From Eledone cirrhosa (taxonomy: Eukaryota), in NCBI GenBank assembly GCA_964016885.1, contig OZ024740.1, positions 76,136,001 through 76,200,000 of the forward strand: a stretch of DNA of 64,000 nucleotides, read 5' to 3'. Positions within the stretch are counted from its first letter, which is position 1. Each line of letters starts with the position of its first letter. This document shows positions 57,190 through 64,000 of the stretch, piece by piece. A program made the translations under genes and the position numbers. The notes under the pieces were generated by a model. It searched no databases. It worked only from the letters and a program-made list of their open reading frames with translations, and was not told where the DNA came from.

Positions 57190-57492
57190 GGTCGAGCTAT
57201 GATTGCCCCCTAAGATGAACTGGTCGGTCGAGCCTGTGATGGCCCCCTAAGATGGACTGTTCGGTCGATCTGTCATGGCCCCCTAAGATGGACTGGTCGG
57301 TCGAGCTACGATGACCCCCTAAGATGAACTGGTCGGTCGAGTTATGATGGCTCCCTATGATTGATTGATCGGTAGAGCTATGATGCCCGCCCCCAATAGA
57401 CTGATCAGTTGAGATAAGATGACCTCTTATGATGGACTGGTCTGTCGGTCGAACTATGATGCCCCCCACCCTCTAATATGGATTGGTCGGTA
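57190..57492. repeat. About 39 bp minisatellite (gagctatgatggccccctaagatggactggtcggtc)
   Basis: About 8 diverged units, 200 bp downstream of the Cys-loop exon. Confidence 0.85.
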
Positions 57493-58481
57493 AGATGGGA
57501 CCCTCTACATTGTCTAGTCAGTTGACTCAATGGAGAAATCTCTTCATTGTCATTCGAGCTATTAAAAATAGTAATCGATTCTCCCTTAAATTACATTTGA
57601 CATACTTTATAAAGAACACACTAAATAATATTGTCTGAGGATCATATCTGAGACGAAACAGTTTGATCATGGCTATATTATCCTTGGTCAGAGACATGTT
57701 GGCCTGGTGTTAAACAATACCAATAACAATAAATCAACGAGGACAACGAGACCAATAACTACTACAGCAACAGTAACAGCAACGATAAGAGTGACTTAAA
57801 AAACAACAACAACAAGATAATTTAAACAATAAGTACAACAAAATCTCTGGTAGAATATCAGAAATTAAGTAATTATTGACTGAAGGTTTGAGCAATGTTG
57901 AGTATATAAGACTTGCAATGAAAATAATGAACATGAGTATTCTTTAAAAAAAGAGAGAACTTGGGAACTTCCATCGGTTTCAACGATGAGTGTCCTATTT
58001 TTCGCTCAACGCAACAGCCCACTCATTAAATTAATTAATAAATGGGTGTATATTCCATAGATATTATAATCCATTGACATGATTCTGATGCCAATCCAGC
58101 ATGATAAAATACATGAAAAGGCTGGCCCTTGAACAACAGATATAATACGTCCGAAGGGCTCCCAAACTGCCACAGTCGCCTACACAGATTCGATCACGAT
58201 GCTTAGGTCTTAAAAACAGTTGTGTATATGAGTGTGTGGATATGTGTAAATGTATATAATTTTAGAAGATTTGGTAAGATTGTTGTTGTTCATTGTAGGT
58301 GAAGTGAACGAGTTGGTGAGCGGTTGATGTTGATCGGTTGTTGACGCGGGGAAATAAGTATCTTTGACTGATATGTTTCGTTCGCTGTACTCGTAGTCTG
58401 GTGAGGGCTTAGGTTTTGGAGGGATCACTTCGTGTTAAAAGTCATACTAAATTGTTATATAACACACACACACACACACAC

Positions 58482-58531
<50 letters not shown>

Positions 58532-58534
58532 ATG

Positions 58535-58663
58535 TTCAAGACCCCGACGGCAGAGCTCAAGCCGTTTCGACGGCTATTTCCTATTACCCACTCTACTACC
58601 GAAATGATTGAGTACTCTGGTGCGTTATGGTCCACCTGGTTCCTTACCACACTTCCTTCGTTA
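58535..58663 (+). mobile_element. Short PLE-end-like repeat, copy 4 (internal inversion)
   Basis: gaccccgacggcagagctcaagccgtttcgacggctatttc joined to ctattacccactctactacc...cttccttcgtt. Confidence 0.7.
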
Positions 58664-58832
58664 TATAAATATATATTACGTTAACTATTTTTCCCATTTT
58701 GACGCTATAGTCACTTATATATTATGGAATACTGTTGGCTTTTTGCTACAATATTTTCTATACCTTTCATTTATATATATATATATATTTCGTTTCTGAA
58801 TTTGTTTAGCAAGATTCTTTATCTGAAAACGT

Positions 58833-59520
58833 GTGTTGAAACCGATATTGTTATACTTTGTTTGTAAAACTAGAAATGTAGTATATAGCATAAGATGTAC
58901 TGAAGGACAATGTAGAGACAAAAATATAGTGTACATAGGTGAGACAGCTCGTAGTGTAGGGGAATGGATAAATGAACACTGGCGAGACCTTCAAGATAGT
59001 AAAGAATCATCTGTACTCTACCAACATGCTAAAATAGAACATAAGGGTAAATTAGAGAACATAGAAATAAAAATAGAATCTACACACAGAAAAGACGCAA
59101 TGTTTAGACAAATCACAGAGGCAATAAACATAAAAGAATTACAACCAAAATTAAATAGAAAACATGAGTGGAACAGCAACATCACAACTTACAATTAAGG
59201 AAAAAATGAAAACACACACACACATAGAACAAACAACCAACCTGTAACATGTAAATAAACAAATAAATAAACGAAAATAAACACACAGACTGAGCACACA
59301 ACACACACACAGAAACAAGATGGCGTAGGACAGAACAAAGGAGAGGCACAAAAACAAAGAAAAGAATCCCCAGTCACTGAAGAGGTCACAGAATGTGTGA
59401 CGAAAGAACTTTGACAATATATAAACAACCATCTGGTTGTGGAACCAACCAACCAACCGGAAATTTATAAATTCCTAAATTTATAAATTTATTATAATAA
59501 ATTGAAGTGAAAGCAACTGG
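58833..59520 (+). mobile_element. Penelope-like 3' fragment with GIY-YIG endonuclease
   Basis: CKTRNVVYSIRC...VYIGETARS..EWINEH...RQITEAINI..LQPKLN followed by a hammerhead. Confidence 0.88.
59373..59415 (+). ncRNA. Type I hammerhead ribozyme motif
   Basis: GTCA-CTGAAGA-gGTCACA(gaatg)TGTGAC-GAAA-GaaC-TT-TGAC. Confidence 0.7.
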
Positions 59521-59561
59521 TGCGTGTGTTTCTTATTGGCAACATGACCCTTCCAAAGTAT

Positions 59562-59638
<77 letters not shown>

Positions 59639-59750
59639 TTGAAATAAAATGAAAACGAAATTTCATTTCTCACTCTTAGTACGGCACTTACTTAAATGTA
59701 AGTATGTGTGTATACGTACATACATATATGTATACAGACGTACAGTAGCA

Positions 59751-59878
<128 letters not shown>

Positions 59879-59983
59879 TACATACAGGTACACATACATA
59901 TATGCACGTATCAGAACAAAGCGGCGTTATAATAAGCGTCCGCTAAACTGATACGTGCATATATGTATGTGTACCTGTATGTA

Positions 59984-60095
<112 letters not shown>

Positions 60096-60171
60096 TGCTA
60101 CTGTACGTCTGTATACATATATGTCTGTACGTATACACACATACTTATATATATATATATATATATATATC

Positions 60172-60203
<32 letters not shown>

Positions 60204-60413
60204 TATATCCGTATGTGGTTGGCGGCTGCGAAAAAGAAATACTCTGTACCGAAGTAGACTTTTAATATTCATTTATATTAAGGCTAAAAAGTGAATCTAT
60301 TTATCACAGGGTCGTCAGACAAGAACTGTTCTTGTGTGATGACCCTGTGGTAAACAGTCAAAACTCCAGAGTAACAAGATTCACTATTTAGCCTTAATAT
60401 AAATAATATATAT

Positions 60414-60758
60414 ATAAACGTTTGTATATGTATAATAAAGCCAAAACAATGCAGCTATCGACATAGAATAAAGAATGCAAATGCAAAAGATATTGCTGAC
60501 AATTAGTCTTTTACCTTAGATTTATTTAAATGTCCTTAATTTTCGAGATAATATCTCTTCTTCGGAGGGAAGTAAAGGGGTTAAACCAGTGTTCTAAATA
60601 GCTTGCCAAGTCATGCTGACAGGAAATGGTATAGAGTATCTGTTCTATCTCTAATGTCAAAGAGTTAAGGTTAGGTGGATAACTCTTTAAAAGGGTTTTT
60701 TTTTGTTTATTTTTGTAGTTGCCTATTTAAGTGTGTGGGAGAATGCGTGAATGTGTAA

Positions 60759-60819
<61 letters not shown>

Positions 60820-61892
60820 AAGATATGTCTATACGTAAATGTGGGAGATAGATGTTCTCTCGTGTTAGAACTGGTCTTTGTGTGTGATGTGTGTGTGTGA
60901 GAGAGAATAAGTGGAGGTGTAAGCGTGTGTGTGTATGTGTGTGCGTGCGTGTGTGTGTGCATGTGTATGGGAGGGGGTTGTAAATACGGTGCTAGATGCT
61001 CTATCAAGTTATAAATTGGGTGTTGAGTTCTAGTCTATTATTGATTGGTGGTAGTGTTTTGTCTATAATTAGTGCTTCCTTAATTCTAAGATTGCCGAGG
61101 TTTCTTTCCTTAGTTTCTATCCTAACTGTTATGGTTTTGTCGGTGTTTTTGCATTTAACTAGGTGTTTCTTAAATGAGGAAGCGTTAGTATTGAGGTGTT
61201 CTTTTATTCTTATGTGGAGTGGTCTGGTGGTGCTACCTACGTAGAAGTTGCTGCATTTGTCGCACTCTAGTCTGTATACGACGTAAGCCTGGTGGCATAG
61301 GTCTGTGTCGTTGATGGGGCAGTTGGCTAGCCTGCAGCGGTTGTCATGTCTGGTGGAGTGTCTTTTGGTTAGCTGTCCGCGTAGAGAAGGACCTGAGTGG
61401 GCCAGTTGGATATCTAGTCCCTCTCGTTTGATAGCTCTGTGGATGGCTGTTGTTGTTTCGTCACTGAAGTGTGGGAGCTTCAGGAAGCAAGTGTTAGTGC
61501 CTCGGTGTGGTGTCCTTTGTTCTTTCTGACACGGTTTGTGGTGGATGTCGTGTATCCGTTCAGTTTGAGTACTTCCAGGAAATGCGTGGTGTGTGTGTCT
61601 CGGTCTCTAGTGTCGGTGCATTTGGGGATACGTGTTAATTCGTTCCTTATGTATCCGAACTTAGCGCCGGCTGGGAGGGCTGATCTGAAATGTACGAACA
61701 GGTCCCTGCTGGCGGCTTTTTTATAGAAGCAGGTGTGGATTTTGCCTTCCTCTGTTACCCTGAGTTGGAGTCCAGTAGGGATAGGGATCTGCGGTCATCA
61801 GGGTGTTCCATGCTGAACTTTATACTGGCGTCCATGCTGGAGAATGTTGTGTATATTTTATCCGCCTCCTCACGGGATGATGTAAGGATGAG

Positions 61893-61895
<3 letters not shown>
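60414..61895 (-). mobile_element. Penelope-like element, second copy of the 20.4 kb family, extending further 5' into the RT thumb region
   Basis: Near-identical to 20411-21660. The hammerhead at 60534-60568 has a core mutation (CCGAAGA). Confidence 0.9.
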
Positions 61896-61939
<44 letters not shown>

Positions 61940-61941
<2 letters not shown>

Positions 61942-62514
61942 TACCCGAATTACCCGCGCCTTGCTGCGTTTCACACATTTTTTTGATATAATTTATGGAG
62001 AAAAAATAAAGGCAAAATGTAAAAAAATATAGAGGCATTAACTAATCATTTTTGTTGTCATAATTGTAGTGATGTAAATTCTAAATTAGCCAAATTTAAC
62101 TATAAAAGAAAAGTGCTTTTTTGTCGATTTACGTTTAATTAATAGAAAAAACCCCGTGATAATAGAAGTTCCAATACTCAAATTATGGGCTTCCAAAATT
62201 TTCACTATAGGGGGTTTAACCCCCATTAGGGTGCCTTAATATTATTGAAATTTGCTGAAATTTTGTGAATAGGCATCACATCTCGTCATTTACCTATGGT
62301 TTAAATTTCATATAAATGGAAGGAAAATCTTGTGGCGGGAGCAAGCGGGGGTTTGTGCCCCCGGGAACCATTTGATTAAAATGAAATATACTTATCCAAG
62401 TATCCTGAGCATTGTAGTTTCAGAATATATATGGTTATGGGCGTCTATCTCGAAAACCATAGGAGCAGTTCGAGAACAAAGAAACAAACAAACAGACAGG
62501 AGCTACAACTTTAT

Positions 62515-62525
<11 letters not shown>
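61940..62525 (-). mobile_element. Probable non-autonomous Helitron
   Basis: acta...ttacccgcgccttgctgcg hairpin end and acaaacaaacagacag...actttattatata other end; termini imperfect. Confidence 0.5.
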
Positions 62526-62576
<51 letters not shown>

Positions 62577-62715
62577 GTAGTATCACAACAGTTAGTTCAC
62601 CATACCTTGCGATGCTTTATTAAGAGAGTTGTGTGGACATAAAGTCAGCGATGCAGTTAACTACAGTCTATAACCTATATATATATATGTATTTACAATC
62701 TATACAATCTATCTA

Positions 62716-62890
62716 TCTATATACTACTAGAATTCTGTGATTGCTTGCTTGCTTGCTTGTCTGTAATGTAATACAGCCAAAAGGCCGCATGATGGGAAAA
62801 TACTTTGAAAGGAAGTTGAACCTGAAATGGGGATACAAATGGAATAAAACAAGTTATCGCGAGATATAGGGTTTTTCCAGGTATCTTCAT

Positions 62891-62966
<76 letters not shown>

Positions 62967-62967
62967 T

Positions 62968-63007
<40 letters not shown>

Positions 63008-63130
63008 AGGATAGAGTGAAAGAAATAGTGGTTTTGAGAGAGCAGATGAAATAGAGACATAGAGAGAGGGAGAGGAGACAGAGAAGGAGAATGGAAGAGA
63101 GAGGGAGTGAAAGAGCTGATGGTGTTGTGC

Positions 63131-63177
<47 letters not shown>

Positions 63178-63475
63178 AATGTGTGTGTATATATATAATA
63201 TATATATATGTGTGTGTGTGTCTATGACCAGTGTATATAGATTACAGACACCTACACATATATATATATATATACACACACTTACATATATATATACACA
63301 CACACACATTTATATATATATACACACACACGTATATATATGGGCCTTCCGGTTTCATTCAACATTATATACATGTCTGTGTATGTTCTAATTATTTAAA
63401 AATCATTTTTAAGTGAACATGATTTAAAAAAATATTTTGAAGTGAACGTGACCCAACTGGTCACGGGTGGTCTAG
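62716..63475 (+). mobile_element. Non-autonomous Helitron nested in the 5' end of another
   Basis: A|TCTATATACTAC start; 3' hairpin (cgtgacc...ggtcacg) then CTAG|T. Confidence 0.75.
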
Positions 63476-63884
<409 letters not shown>

Positions 63885-64000
63885 ATATTTGGCCCATACA
63901 ACTTCAGGTCATCAATGAAGAAAAGATGGGAGATACTTCTGGACCCACTTATTTGTCAACCTTATTTCCTGAGTAGGTAAGATAGTGGATTTAGTGAAAG
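63885..64000 (-). mobile_element. Third fragment of the 31 kb R4-like LINE family (RT domain)
   Basis: Diverged reverse complement of about 31470-31588; runs off the window. Confidence 0.85.

Noticed and set aside
57190-57492. CRISPR-like periodicity (also 41243-41420)
   Set aside because: Units are contiguous with no unique spacers, there are no cas genes and the context is eukaryotic.
57634-57665. CTGAGGA...GAAA hammerhead-like match
   Set aside because: No convincing stems I or III; it lies in an old SINE-like tail.

Overview
AT-rich, microsatellite-dense animal genomic DNA. The SINE families and repeat landscape suggest a cephalopod such as Octopus; this is an inference from pattern only. 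The only host gene I can support is a + strand pentameric (Cys-loop) ligand-gated ion channel of the GlyR/GABA-A/GluCl branch. Four small extracellular-domain exons (25440-25510, 43485-43552, 47734-47960, 56914-56996) splice in frame, and the signal-peptide and transmembrane exons were not identified here. Its predicted agonist pocket departs strongly from GlyR/GABA-A. The rest is upstream or intronic DNA filled with decayed mobile elements: Helitrons (one helicase remnant, several non-autonomous, one nested), Penelope-like elements (PLEs), REL-endonuclease LINEs at (TAA)n and (CATA)n tracts, Tx1/L1, RTE and CRE LINE fragments, hAT and Tc1/mariner MITEs, and about 10 tRNA-derived SINE copies. 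About a dozen type I hammerhead-ribozyme motifs and many fold-back palindromes mark PLE ends next to (TA)n tracts. Most ORFs in the supplied track are microsatellite artefacts. Element boundaries were read by eye and are approximate unless a TSD, TIR or splice site is quoted.
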